This document shows positions 1 through 8,734 of a stretch of 63,997 bases of DNA, piece after piece. The DNA comes from a virus (Duplodnaviria; Caudoviricetes), in the IMG/VR virus record IMGVR_UViG_3300046018_000239, positions 1 to 63,997 of that record; one strand, written 5' to 3'. The position numbers were made by a program, and so were the translations under genes. The notes beneath the pieces are model-generated. The model saw only the letters and a program-made list of their open reading frames with translations, did not search any database and was not told where the DNA came from. Within the stretch, counting starts at the first letter, position 1; each line of letters begins with the position of its first letter.

Positions 1-176
1 GATGAGGTCGGCGCTCACTGCTTGGTCATCGTCCGGCCAGCAGTGGCGCGCATGGCCTGCATGTTCTGCAGCAACTGCTGGCCGATGTTGCTGGTGATGC
101 TGTCGAGGCTGCCCGGCTCTTTCTCCAGGGCCACGCAGACCAACGCCAGCGCCACGGTAATGGTGTTGATTGCGCG
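1..176. repeat. Terminal direct repeat, left copy (circular overlap)
   Basis: Positions 1-127 are identical to 63822-63948; positions 128-176 match 63949-63997 with 5 substitutions (128, 135, 138, 143, 174). Confidence 0.95.
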
Positions 177-326
177 CCCCGGCGTCTCGCCGAGTTCGCT
201 CATGACGCCGAGGAAGATTGTCTCGGCGCACTCCATGCACGGGATGTTCTTCGCGCGCAGGATCGGGTCAGCGTTCGGGTCGTCCGAATGCACCAGATTG
301 AACGGGGCGATGCTGGGCTTGCTCAC
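15..326 (-). CDS. Hypothetical protein (103 aa)
   Basis: GTG start overlaps the upstream stop, and its stop overlaps the next GTG. Four of the 5 substitutions in the duplicated copy are synonymous in this frame. Confidence 0.85.
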   Translation of the reverse strand: MSKPSIAPFNLVHSDDPNADPILRAKNIPCMECAETIFLGVMSELGETPGRAINTITVALALVCVALEKEPGSLDSITSNIGQQLLQNMQAMRATAGRTMTKQ

Positions 327-607
327 TGGCCCGCCTTCCGCATTGGCAGGCCGTTGTGCAGCGTCGGCAGGCGGACCACGAACATGGCCTCCACCCGCGT
401 CGCAGCGCCTTTGCCGCTGTTCCCGCTGATCTGCTCGACGACCGGCCTGACATCATGGCCGTACCGCGCCCACACATCGCGGATCTTGTCGGCCAGGCGC
501 TGGGCGCCGTCATGCGTCAGCGTGTTGTGTTCGACCAGCGCCGGCCCCGGGTGGAACGGCGGGTGCGGCAGCGGCTTGCCGGGGCTGTTCAGCGTGCGGT
601 TGCTCAT
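323..607 (-). CDS. Hypothetical protein (MSNRTLNSPG...)
   Basis: 3' part of ORF 323..916; ATG at 607 forms an ATGA overlap with the MTase stop at 604-606. Confidence 0.7.
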   Translation of the reverse strand: MSNRTLNSPGKPLPHPPFHPGPALVEHNTLTHDGAQRLADKIRDVWARYGHDVRPVVEQISGNSGKGAATRVEAMFVVRLPTLHNGLPMRKAGQ

Positions 608-1185
608 GCGATCCATCCGATCTGCGTTCCAGAGGGTGAAAGCCGACGCCACACGAACCAGGCGTAGGCGGAGGCACCGCGGTCGATGACCACTTCGGCG
701 GGGATGTCGCCCTGGCGCAGCGTCACGCGGCGGCTGAAAACCCACACGCGGCATGGCGGCGTCTCGGCGAAGATCGCCTGGCGCTTGTCGCCCTCCAGGA
801 AGGCGAGGCGGCAGAACATCGCCAGCACCTCGGGCTTCAGCGCGAGCGCGTGCTGGAGGAACTTGGTGCCCAGGTTGAAAGGCGCGTTGCAGATGATCGA
901 CTTCGTGCCGCGCCACATGGCCGGCTCCATCAGGAAGTCGATGCCGCCATGCGTGCCGCGGGCGCCGCGAGCCACGAGGTCGGTGTTCGCCACCTCATAG
1001 CCGCGCACTTCGAGGCAGCGGCCCATGACGCCCTCGCCGCAGCAGGGGTCCCACACGCGGCCGACGAACTGCTCGCGGTCCAGCAGCGCATCTACGGCCC
1101 AAACCGGGGTGATCCAGAAGTCGGCGCCGTTGCGCTTGCCCAGCCGCTTCTCGGTCGCGTGCTTGTTGCCCTGGACGCCGCTCAC
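604..1185 (-). CDS. Phage SAM-dependent DNA methyltransferase-like protein
   Basis: N-terminal DFWITP, SAM-binding WDPCCGEG, motif IV-like CNAPF, C-terminal YAWFVW. Confidence 0.8.
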   Translation of the reverse strand: MSGVQGNKHATEKRLGKRNGADFWITPVWAVDALLDREQFVGRVWDPCCGEGVMGRCLEVRGYEVANTDLVARGARGTHGGIDFLMEPAMWRGTKSIICNAPFNLGTKFLQHALALKPEVLAMFCRLAFLEGDKRQAIFAETPPCRVWVFSRRVTLRQGDIPAEVVIDRGASAYAWFVWRRLSPSGTQIGWIA

Positions 1186-1538
1186 TGGCCGGCCTCGACC
1201 AGGGCATCCTGTGCGGGGGCATCCGGCAGGGGCGGCCGCAGGACCGCGTAAGCCTCGGGGTCCCAGGCCGCGAGGTGCGCCTCCAGGTGTTCCCGGACCA
1301 GCAGCACCAGCGCCTTGCGCACCAGGTCCTGCCAGCGCGGCTCCGGCACCCAGCGCCGGTCCCCGCTGGTGTGCGGCTTTGCAAAGAAGCCCACCGACTG
1401 CCGCGTCACCAGCCCGTGGGCCTTGGTCGCCACCTGGAGGGGCGTGATGCCCCAGCGCGCCATTTCATCCCGCAGCGAGGTCCGCAGAGCCTTCAGCGAG
1501 TGGTCCTGCAGCGGGGTTATCGGCGGGGCTGGCGGCAA
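1182..1538 (-). CDS. Hypothetical protein, possibly HTH-containing; first gene of the leftward operon
   Basis: TTG start with AGGAG 8 nt upstream; LRDEMARWGITPLQVATKAHGLVTRQSV is weakly XRE-like. Confidence 0.6.
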   Translation of the reverse strand: MPPAPPITPLQDHSLKALRTSLRDEMARWGITPLQVATKAHGLVTRQSVGFFAKPHTSGDRRWVPEPRWQDLVRKALVLLVREHLEAHLAAWDPEAYAVLRPPLPDAPAQDALVEAGQ

Positions 1539-1683
1539 GGCGGGCGCTCCTGGCGATGGCTCTCCCGCGCTGTGGTCCCGGCCGGCGACGGGGTGACAGG
1601 CCCAAGGGTGGGGCTCGCCGCCGAAGCTGGTGGGGTTTCCGGCTTCTCTGCCGGGACCATCGCGCTACGTGGTAATGGAGGAT

Positions 1684-1731
1684 GTTGACCACGCATTAGG
1701 AGGTAATCACGACAATGCGGCCCTTGTCAAC
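1684..1731. promoter_or_regulatory. Divergent control region with opposed -35-like hexamers
   Basis: GTTGAC(C) at 1684 on + and TTGACA at 1730-1725 on -, with an inner GCATT/AATGC dyad, between divergent operons. The -10 boxes are not clear. Confidence 0.4.
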
Positions 1732-1781
1732 ACCGCGCGAGTAGTGCCATCTTCCCGTCAGTTGGTAGGGACCATTCGCCC

Positions 1782-2399
1782 ATGGCAGGCGCCAAACGCC
1801 CCACGAAAGCGCCGCGCCCGGCGCCGCAGATCCGCATGTCATCCGCAGAATACCGGGACTTAATGGCGAAGGCAGCCGCCGAACCTCCCGCGGCTCGACA
1901 TAGCCAAGCGCCCCGAGTCAGCGCCGCGCCGACTGCGGGGCGGATGCCTCCAGGTGGTCCTGTAGGTTGCGGCGGCTTCGCCCCGATCGTCATCACCATC
2001 CCGGGCGAGATGCGGGGCAAGGGCCGCCCGCGGTTCTCGGTCCAAGGCGGCTTTGCCAAGGCCTACACCGACGCCAAGACGGCCAACATGGAGACCTGGG
2101 TGAAGGCTTGCGCCATCGGCTCCGCGCCGCCGGCTCCGCTGGATGGCCCCTTGGAACTGGCGGTGGACATCGTGGTGGCGGTGGCCCCGAGTTGGCCGAA
2201 GCGGCGCCGCGAGGACGCCCTGGCCGGCCAGATATTCCCCACGAACAAGCCCGACCTGGACAACTGCCTGAAGTTGGTCGCTGACGCGCTGAACGGCATC
2301 ATCTGGCAGGACGACAAGCAGCTGGTCCGCATGGTCGCCAGCAAGCGGTTCGGCCTGGCGCCGCAGACCGTGCTGACCATCAGCCGGGTGCCGGCATGA
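1782..2399 (+). CDS. rusA: RusA-family Holliday junction resolvase
   Basis: IPGEMRGKGRPR and KPDLDNCLKLVADALNGIIWQDDKQLV motifs; the start could be further downstream. Confidence 0.92.
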   Translation: MAGAKRPTKAPRPAPQIRMSSAEYRDLMAKAAAEPPAARHSQAPRVSAAPTAGRMPPGGPVGCGGFAPIVITIPGEMRGKGRPRFSVQGGFAKAYTDAKTANMETWVKACAIGSAPPAPLDGPLELAVDIVVAVAPSWPKRRREDALAGQIFPTNKPDLDNCLKLVADALNGIIWQDDKQLVRMVASKRFGLAPQTVLTISRVPA

Positions 2400-3187
2400 A
2401 GCAGGGCAGCGTCTGGATGCCGCTCTACATCGGCGACTACCTCGCAGACACCATGCACCTCGATGGCGCTGCGCACGGAGCCTATCTGCTAATGCTTATG
2501 CATTGCTGGCGCATGGGCCCGCTACCCGATGATGACCGCCAGTTGGCCATCATCGCCCGAACAGCCCCAGACACCTGGCGGGATGAGGTTGGGCCGGTTG
2601 TCCGGCGGTTCTTCACGGCCACCGACGCTGGCTTGATCCAAAAGCGCCTTGAAGAAGAACGGGTTGCGGCAACCGAGAACGCTGACCGCAAGACCACGGC
2701 GGGGCGGAAGGGCGCCGAAGCGCGATGGCAGAGGCATAGCGACCGCATAGCGACCGCAGAGCGGGACCAATGCCCGTCACCTTCACCTTCACCTATAGAG
2801 GGTACTACCTCTCCATCTAGCGATGGAGAGGTAGAGGCAGCCGGCCCGCCGGCCGCCCCTCTCGCCCGCCAGAAGCCCGAGATCGGCGACGCGCTGCTGT
2901 GGGACCTCTGCGGCGCATGGAACGAGGTGGTCGCCAACGCGGGGCTGCCCCAGGTCAAGGATCTGACCCTCAAGCGGAAGACCGCGCTGCGCGCCCGGAT
3001 CAAGGAGCGGTGGCAGCAGGACCCGGTGCGGCAGTTCCGCGCCTATGCCCGCCGCATCGCCACCTCGCCCTTCCTGACCGGCGGGAATGACCGCGGCTGG
3101 CGCGCTGACTTCGATTGGGCGCTGAAGCCCGACAACGTGCTGAAGGTCGCCGAGGGCAAGTTCCATCCCGAGCAGGAGGTGGCGTAG
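2396..3187 (+). CDS. DUF1376/YdaU-family replication initiator-like protein
   Basis: WMPLYIGDYLADTMHLDGAAHGAYLLML N-terminus and RADFDWALKPDNVLKVAEGKF C-terminus. Confidence 0.85.
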   Translation: MKQGSVWMPLYIGDYLADTMHLDGAAHGAYLLMLMHCWRMGPLPDDDRQLAIIARTAPDTWRDEVGPVVRRFFTATDAGLIQKRLEEERVAATENADRKTTAGRKGAEARWQRHSDRIATAERDQCPSPSPSPIEGTTSPSSDGEVEAAGPPAAPLARQKPEIGDALLWDLCGAWNEVVANAGLPQVKDLTLKRKTALRARIKERWQQDPVRQFRAYARRIATSPFLTGGNDRGWRADFDWALKPDNVLKVAEGKFHPEQEVA

Positions 3188-5077
3188 GTGGCCCGGCGCA
3201 TCGACGGCAAAGACTTCGTGGTTGGCGATTCCATCGCCGACATTCTGGCCGAGGCCGGTATCAGCACCCGCGGCGTGACCCTGCGCGCCGGCAGCGACGT
3301 GAAAGCCATGTGCCCGGCCTGTGGCGGCGGCCGGAGCAAGGAGCGGTCCCTGTCGATCAAGATGGACACGGACGGCGCCGGCGTGGCCTGGCACTGCTTC
3401 CGGGGCCAATGCACCGCCGGGGGAGGCTGGCCGGCAAAGGGAAACGGCCGCATCGAGAACAGCGACCGAGGCGGCGACCACCAGCCGACGCAGCGCGTGC
3501 GGCCCAATCCGGTGAAGCCGCAGCTGGACCCGGAGAGCGACCAGCACCGCCCCGAGGGCATGTACCAGTGGTTCCTGGCCCGAGGCATCAGCGCCGACAC
3601 GGTGGACGCCTTCGGGATCTACGCTGCGCCGAAGTTCCGCTGGGCTGGCGCCGGCGGCGTGTGGGTCGAGAAGCCGACGATCGTCTATCCCTACGCATTC
3701 CGCGGCGAAGTGGTGAACCGCAAGTTCCGCTCGATCGACAAGGACTTCCGCCAGGACATGGGCGCGGCGCGCACGATCTACAACATCGACGCCTGGACCA
3801 GCCCGGACGTGGCCATCCTCGTCGAGGGCGAGAACGATGTGCTGGCCCTGTGGGAGGCCGGCTATCGCCAAGTCGGCAGCCTGCCCGATGGGGCGCCGCA
3901 AAGCCTGCTGGACGAGGACGACGACAAGCGCCTTACCGACAAGCGGTTCGACGCGATGGAAACCTGCGCGGACGAACTGGCGGCGGTGCAGAAGATCATC
4001 ATCGCCACGGACGCGGATGTGCCCGGGGGCTACCTCGCCGAGGAGTTCGCTCGGCGCCTGGGCCGCACCCGCTGCTGGCGCGTGACCTGGCCGGCCGGCT
4101 GCAAGGACGCGGGCGAGGTGCTGCAGAAGCACGGGCCCGGCGCCGTGCGCGACGCCATCGAGGCAGCGCACCCGTGGCCCCTGGCCGGGCTGTGGGAGCC
4201 GGAGCAGGGCAGCCTCGTCGAGTTCCTCCACTCGGGCCAGCAGGTCCAGGGCCTGGACTGCGGCATCAAGGCCGTGGACGCCATCGCCAGGATGCCCCGC
4301 GGCGGCGGCTGGCTGACGGTCGTGACCGGCATCCCCAGCCACGGCAAGAGCCGGTTCCTGAAAGCCTGGATGGTGGGGCTGCTGTCGCAGAACCCGGACC
4401 TGGGCATCGTGTGGTGCAGCCCCGAGGACAACCAGCCCCAGGTGCTGGCGCTGGAGTTGGTGTCCATCCTCGCCGGCCAGCCGACGCGCGAGGCAGGCAC
4501 CTTCATGCCCCGCGACATGATCCAGAAGGCGGAGCGGTGGATCAGCGAGCGAATCACCTTCGTCTGGAACAACAACCCGGACGTGGAGATGACGCTGGAG
4601 TGGATCTTGGCGCGGGCCGAGGAAGCGAAGACCCGCCGGCGGCGCAATCTGCTGTGGATCGACCCGTTCAACGAAGTCGAGTTCACCTTCAGCAAGGGCG
4701 AGAGCGAGACGCAGTTCATCGGCCGCTGGCTCCGGCGCCTGAAGGCATGGGGGAGGGCTGAGGGCTTCGGCGTCGGCATCGTCGTCCACCCGAAGAACCA
4801 GGTGCCGCTAAACCCGAAGACCAAGGAGTACCCGGTCGTCGATGGCTACGACATCAACGGCGGCGCGAACTGGAACAACAAGGCGGACCTAGGCCTGACG
4901 GTCTATCGGCGCCGCGAGGGCGCGATGGAACTGCACACTTGGAAGGCCCGCTTCCCCGCCTTCGGCCAGCGGAAGGGCACTGGCCACCTGCAGCTGGACC
5001 ACCGCACGGGCCGCCTCAGCAGCATCAGCACAGACCAGCAGGAGAGCATGGAAATGGAGGACCGCGGTGAAGGGTAG
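3188..5077 (+). CDS. Bifunctional primase-helicase (Twinkle/T7 gp4-like)
   Basis: Zn-binding CPAC...HCFRGQC, TOPRIM VEGEND and TDAD, SF4 Walker A GIPSHGKS, IDPFNE, VHPK, NKAD. Confidence 0.92.
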   Translation: MARRIDGKDFVVGDSIADILAEAGISTRGVTLRAGSDVKAMCPACGGGRSKERSLSIKMDTDGAGVAWHCFRGQCTAGGGWPAKGNGRIENSDRGGDHQPTQRVRPNPVKPQLDPESDQHRPEGMYQWFLARGISADTVDAFGIYAAPKFRWAGAGGVWVEKPTIVYPYAFRGEVVNRKFRSIDKDFRQDMGAARTIYNIDAWTSPDVAILVEGENDVLALWEAGYRQVGSLPDGAPQSLLDEDDDKRLTDKRFDAMETCADELAAVQKIIIATDADVPGGYLAEEFARRLGRTRCWRVTWPAGCKDAGEVLQKHGPGAVRDAIEAAHPWPLAGLWEPEQGSLVEFLHSGQQVQGLDCGIKAVDAIARMPRGGGWLTVVTGIPSHGKSRFLKAWMVGLLSQNPDLGIVWCSPEDNQPQVLALELVSILAGQPTREAGTFMPRDMIQKAERWISERITFVWNNNPDVEMTLEWILARAEEAKTRRRRNLLWIDPFNEVEFTFSKGESETQFIGRWLRRLKAWGRAEGFGVGIVVHPKNQVPLNPKTKEYPVVDGYDINGGANWNNKADLGLTVYRRREGAMELHTWKARFPAFGQRKGTGHLQLDHRTGRLSSISTDQQESMEMEDRGEG

Positions 5078-5405
5078 CGTTTTCGAGGAGCCGCGCATCC
5101 GCGACGGCGGCGTCCAGGGCCTGATTGCTGCGGTCATCGAGCAGGCTTGGGCCGACCTGACGGCGCGGCTGGAACCGCCGGGCTGCCGCTCCTACTCCAA
5201 CACTGTCACCACGCGCGAGCAGACCGAGACGCGCCTGTTCTTCACCCAGCGCACCGGGCCGTGGGCCGAATCCCGCGCCAGCCTCTGCGGCCAGGTCGGG
5301 CTTGACCCGGACGTGCTGCGCGCCAAGGCCATCGAGGCGCTGGAGATCCACAACGCGAGGAAGGAGCGGGCGCATGTCGAAGCAGCAGACCAACACGCGG
5401 CCTGA
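5067..5405 (+). CDS. Hypothetical protein
   Basis: GTG start with GGAGG upstream; coupled to the helicase gene. Confidence 0.7.
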   Translation: MKGSVFEEPRIRDGGVQGLIAAVIEQAWADLTARLEPPGCRSYSNTVTTREQTETRLFFTQRTGPWAESRASLCGQVGLDPDVLRAKAIEALEIHNARKERAHVEAADQHAA

Positions 5406-5574
5406 GTACGAGGTGACGCGGCGCTGGCAGTACCGGGCGCTGAAACTGCCGCCGCACCTCGACTGGTATGCGAGTTTCCTCAATGCCGCCGACGCGGACG
5501 GGTGGGAACTGGTAACGGTAGATGGTGGCGTGGCCTTCTTCCGCCGCGACGCCCGCGACCAGGTGCCGGCATGA
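5374..5574 (+). CDS. DUF4177-like small protein
   Basis: WQYR...LNAADADGWELVTV...FFRR pattern; AAGGAG upstream of ATG 5374. Confidence 0.65.
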   Translation: MSKQQTNTRPEYEVTRRWQYRALKLPPHLDWYASFLNAADADGWELVTVDGGVAFFRRDARDQVPA

Positions 5575-6194
5575 ACGCGGTCCAGGCCCTGCGCGCCAGG
5601 ATGGAGGAGGCGGCCCGCACCCTGCGCCGCACGCCCCTCGGCAAGAACCACATGCCCGCCGGCATCCGCGTGGCGTGGCCCGATGTAGTCCACTCCCGCG
5701 CCGAGGCATACGGCTGGGACGCTGCCGAGACGCCCCGCATGCTGGCGTCCTCCGCCGAGATCGCCGACCTGGATGCCGTGCTGGGCGACATAGCGAGCCA
5801 CTGGAGCCGCCAGGGCCTCGCCGGCACCGATCTGCCCCACGACTGCGGCTGGGTGGCCTGGATGCGCGCCGCAGGCTGGTCCTGGGGCAGGATCGGCGCG
5901 ACCCGGCTGGCCAAGAGCGGCGAGAGGGACGGCAAGAGCCTGCCCTGGGGGAACAGCCGACCGTCACTGGCGAAGATCGAGGAGGCGGCCCTGGCGCATA
6001 TGGCGCGGCGCCTGGGTGCGCTGGTGGAGGAGCCGGAACCCGCCCTGCCCGAGGTGCGCGAGGAGGTGGTGGTGGACTACTCGCCGGCTGTCAGCTTCGC
6101 CAGCACCACCGATCGGAAGGGGAAGCCGCAGTTCGTCATGCGGCAGCGCCATGCCAGCGCCCGCTCGCAGCTGGTGCCGCGGGGGCGCCGGTAG
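5571..6194 (+). CDS. DUF6362-like protein (possible late-gene regulator)
   Basis: RMEEAARTLRR.P and AWPDVV motifs, C-terminal WMRAAGWSWGRIG HTH-like segment; ATGA overlap. Confidence 0.65.
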   Translation: MNAVQALRARMEEAARTLRRTPLGKNHMPAGIRVAWPDVVHSRAEAYGWDAAETPRMLASSAEIADLDAVLGDIASHWSRQGLAGTDLPHDCGWVAWMRAAGWSWGRIGATRLAKSGERDGKSLPWGNSRPSLAKIEEAALAHMARRLGALVEEPEPALPEVREEVVVDYSPAVSFASTTDRKGKPQFVMRQRHASARSQLVPRGRR

Positions 6195-6202
6195 ATCGGG
6201 GT

Positions 6203-6466
6203 TTACGAGACGGTTTCGGCGCGGTGGGCATTGATAGCGTCCACGATGGCTTGCACCTGCATCGGCACCTCTCGGCCCGCAACGTAGATCGTGGTGGTGT
6301 GCTTGGCGCCGGGGAGCCGCAGGGCAGAGCCAGCAGGCCCGTGCTTCACCTTGGACAACTCGGGGAAGTCGATGCACTCGTAGGTGTTGGAGTAGAAGTC
6401 CTCGCCATCGAGAAACATGACGCCGCGCATCTTGGCGGCCTTCAGCATTTCAACGGTCACGGTCAC
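6203..6466 (-). CDS. Hypothetical protein
   Basis: GGAGG upstream of GTG 6466; 3' part of ORF 6203..6523. Confidence 0.6.
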   Translation of the reverse strand: MTVTVEMLKAAKMRGVMFLDGEDFYSNTYECIDFPELSKVKHGPAGSALRLPGAKHTTTIYVAGREVPMQVQAIVDAINAHRAETVS

Positions 6467-6482
6467 GGGTGGCCTCCGGGGT

Positions 6483-6704
6483 TTATGGGAACGCGCGCCG
6501 CACGGCCCAACTGGCGGTGCCATACGCTTCGCGTTTGGTGTCGGCGTAGAAGCTGAAAAACAGGCAGCTTCCGGTGCTCGTATCTACCAGCCGAACCGTC
6601 CACCGCTTGCGGTAGCGACGTTGGCCGGCGGGAACCAGCGCGTACCAAATTCGCCTTGGCGGCGGCTCTGGCTCACAATCTGGCGCGTGGCCATCGAACG
6701 GCAT
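6483..6704 (-). CDS. Hypothetical protein (MPFDG...)
   Basis: AGGAGG 7 nt upstream of ATG. Confidence 0.65.
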   Translation of the reverse strand: MPFDGHAPDCEPEPPPRRIWYALVPAGQRRYRKRWTVRLVDTSTGSCLFFSFYADTKREAYGTASWAVRRAFP

Positions 6705-6725
6705 TGGCTGGCCTCCTGGCTGGGG

Positions 6726-6950
6726 TTAGGTGGACGAACGCAGGGCGGCATGCTCGGCCGCAGCCGCCCACGCCTCGCCTTGGGTGCGGTGCCCGGCGCC
6801 GATGGGCCGGAACGGCTCGCCCTCGCGGCCGAAGTACCAGCGGCCCAGGCGGTCATCCGTGGTGCCCTGGTAGGCGCCCTCGCGAATGTAGTAGCCGGCC
6901 GCCTCTGCGGCGCGGCGATTGGCGGGGCTGCGGTTGGGGTGATTGGCCAT
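6726..6950 (-). CDS. Hypothetical protein (MANHPNRS...)
   Basis: GGAGG RBS; tiles with its neighbours. Confidence 0.7.
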   Translation of the reverse strand: MANHPNRSPANRRAAEAAGYYIREGAYQGTTDDRLGRWYFGREGEPFRPIGAGHRTQGEAWAAAAEHAALRSST

Positions 6951-6953
6951 GTC

Positions 6954-7271
6954 TCAGCCCTCCATGCGGCTGGTGTGCAGCAGCTTGCGGACGGTGGCGG
7001 CGTGGTCGTCAACCGCGTCGATCTTGGAGTAGGCTCGCGCCGGGAGGCTGGCAGCGTAGGCGGCAACTGCCGCTGTGTGGATCGCGTACTGGTCGGCGGT
7101 CAGGCCGATCATGTCCAGCTTGCCGTTGGCGCCCTTGATGCCGGTGTTGACCACCCACTTGAGCGCGCTGCCGGCCGGCGGCGGCACCAGAGATGCCTGC
7201 TTGCCGTTGACGTAGATGGCGCGGCCATTGGTGGTCATAGTGTAGGGGCCGACTTGGCGAATGGTCTGCAT
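6954..7271 (-). CDS. Hypothetical protein
   Basis: 3' part of ORF 6954..7349, starting at ATG 7271 downstream of a TTGACA hexamer. Confidence 0.65.
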   Translation of the reverse strand: MQTIRQVGPYTMTTNGRAIYVNGKQASLVPPPAGSALKWVVNTGIKGANGKLDMIGLTADQYAIHTAAVAAYAASLPARAYSKIDAVDDHAATVRKLLHTSRMEG

Positions 7272-7315
7272 GGTCTTTGTCCTGCCCCTGATGTCCAGCG
7301 AGGCGCCCGGTGTGG

Positions 7316-7379
7316 TTGCTTTATGACTTACTCTCTGCCAGTGTGTCAATCAGCAATCGCGAAGCAGAGTGTGTCAGTG
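7316..7379. promoter_or_regulatory. Leftward promoter and possible operator/res-like sites
   Basis: TTGACA on - at 7349-7344; AGTGTGTCA repeated at 7340 and 7368; TGAC...GTCA dyad 7324-7348; locally AT-richer. Confidence 0.45.
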
Positions 7380-7958
7380 GACGTAGCCTACATCAACCGC
7401 TCCCGAGGCGGCCCGGCCGAGGAAGACCAGCGCGCGGCGTGCGTGGCGGCCGGCGTCGATCCTGCCGACCCGGATGCCTGGTACGTCGAGCCGCCAGCCA
7501 AGCGGAACCGGCCGGCGACGTTCGTGGAGCGCGGGTTTGCTATTCAGGCGCTGCACCCCGGCGACAGGCTGGTGGTGCATTCGGCGCCGAGGCTCGGGGC
7601 CACAGAGGCGGAAATCCGCGCCGCTGCGGCTGCCGTCGCGGCGCAGGGCGCCAGCATCTACGACTGCGAGGCGGCGGCCGAGGTGCGGTTCCACCCTGAT
7701 GCCGGGAGGCTGCTGGCCTGGGCTGCCGCTGGCGCCAAGCTGGCCGCGGCAGAGAGGGCAGGGACGGCGCGCCGGGCCATCATCAACCGCGGCGCCCCGC
7801 CGAAGGCGCTGGTGGGCGACAAGCTGGTCGAGGCCCGCCGGCTCCTGAAGGAAACCGATCTAAGCGTGGCGGCCATCGCCAAGGCCGTAGGCGTGTCGGA
7901 TCGCACGCTCTACCGGGCCATGAAGCAAGGCATTCTGCGGAAGCGAGGTGACAGATGA
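7371..7958 (+). CDS. Serine resolvase/invertase-like protein with C-terminal HTH and a degenerate active site
   Basis: C-terminal 195 aa of ORF 6417..7958: AYINRS, EDQRAA, LHPGDRLVVHSAPRLG, AQGASI, and SVAAIAKAVGVSDRTLYR (Hin/Tn3-type HTH). Confidence 0.8.
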   Translation: MSVDVAYINRSRGGPAEEDQRAACVAAGVDPADPDAWYVEPPAKRNRPATFVERGFAIQALHPGDRLVVHSAPRLGATEAEIRAAAAAVAAQGASIYDCEAAAEVRFHPDAGRLLAWAAAGAKLAAAERAGTARRAIINRGAPPKALVGDKLVEARRLLKETDLSVAAIAKAVGVSDRTLYRAMKQGILRKRGDR

Positions 7959-8206
7959 GCGACGAGAACAAGACCACCGAGACCGCCTACCCCAGCGGCA
8001 ACCCCTGGCCGCTGCTGGACCGGCTGCGGTCCTGGCTGCCGGGCGCGTCAGTCGCGCCGCACCCCAGCAACATGCGTGCCGATGCAATGGACGCGCTGGC
8101 CGAAATCCAGCGGCTGCGGGCCGTGATCCGCGTCAGCGCACTCCGTTGGGCGCCGCACCTGACCCATGCCGAGATTGACGAGGTGATCAATGACAAGCAG
8201 CCCTGA
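7955..8206 (+). CDS. Hypothetical protein (array gene 1)
   Basis: ATGA overlap, GAGGTGA RBS. Confidence 0.75.
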   Translation: MSDENKTTETAYPSGNPWPLLDRLRSWLPGASVAPHPSNMRADAMDALAEIQRLRAVIRVSALRWAPHLTHAEIDEVINDKQP

Positions 8207-8414
8207 GACCACCCTGGGGCTGCCGGATGTGCTTCGCATCCTGGCGAACCAGATTGGCGGCGACGAGCAAGACCGGCTGCTTGAAGCTGCCGCCGAGATC
8301 GAGAAACTTCGCGCCGCTATCCATGGGATGCTCACCTGGGTCGAGCAGCGCCCAAGGCCCCACCCCTACGACACTTGGAAGGCGGCCCGCGTGGCCGTGG
8401 GTCTGCCAGAATGA
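8190..8414 (+). CDS. Hypothetical protein (array gene 2)
   Basis: GAGGTGA RBS; EAAAEIEKLRA phage-type coiled segment. Confidence 0.75.
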   Translation: MTSSPETTLGLPDVLRILANQIGGDEQDRLLEAAAEIEKLRAAIHGMLTWVEQRPRPHPYDTWKAARVAVGLPE

Positions 8415-8734
8415 GCGGTTCTGAAACCACCGGGGGCCGAGTGCGCCGCGTGGACGGCCGGGTTTACATCACGCTTGGCGGGGTAGAGCACGGCATGACG
8501 GCGGCCGAGGCCATGGCGCTTATGCGTGCCATCGGCAAGAGCATCGTGGCCGCTCCGCGCCTCCGTACCGCCTTGGCGCGCGGGGATGCCATTGTCGAGA
8601 TGCGTACCGCCTTGGTTCACCGCAACGACCTGTACCACCATGGCGACGCGGTGCTGCGGTGGGTGAATGAAGGCGACCTGTGGATGCTGCCGGTGCTTGG
8701 CATCCCCGTGGAGGATTTGCCCTATGCCGAATGA
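8411..8734 (+). CDS. Hypothetical protein (array gene 3)
   Basis: ATGA overlap at 8411 within ORF 8375..8734. Confidence 0.7.
   Translation: MSGSETTGGRVRRVDGRVYITLGGVEHGMTAAEAMALMRAIGKSIVAAPRLRTALARGDAIVEMRTALVHRNDLYHHGDAVLRWVNEGDLWMLPVLGIPVEDLPYAE

Noticed and set aside
1-176. Biological direct terminal repeat of the virion DNA
   Set aside because: It falls inside genes of the early operon far from terL, and the exact part is 127 bp, which fits an assembly overlap better.
6417-7370. N-terminal 318 codons of the 513-aa ORF
   Set aside because: Antisense to four leftward genes, most with good RBS; resolvase similarity begins only at GTG 7371.
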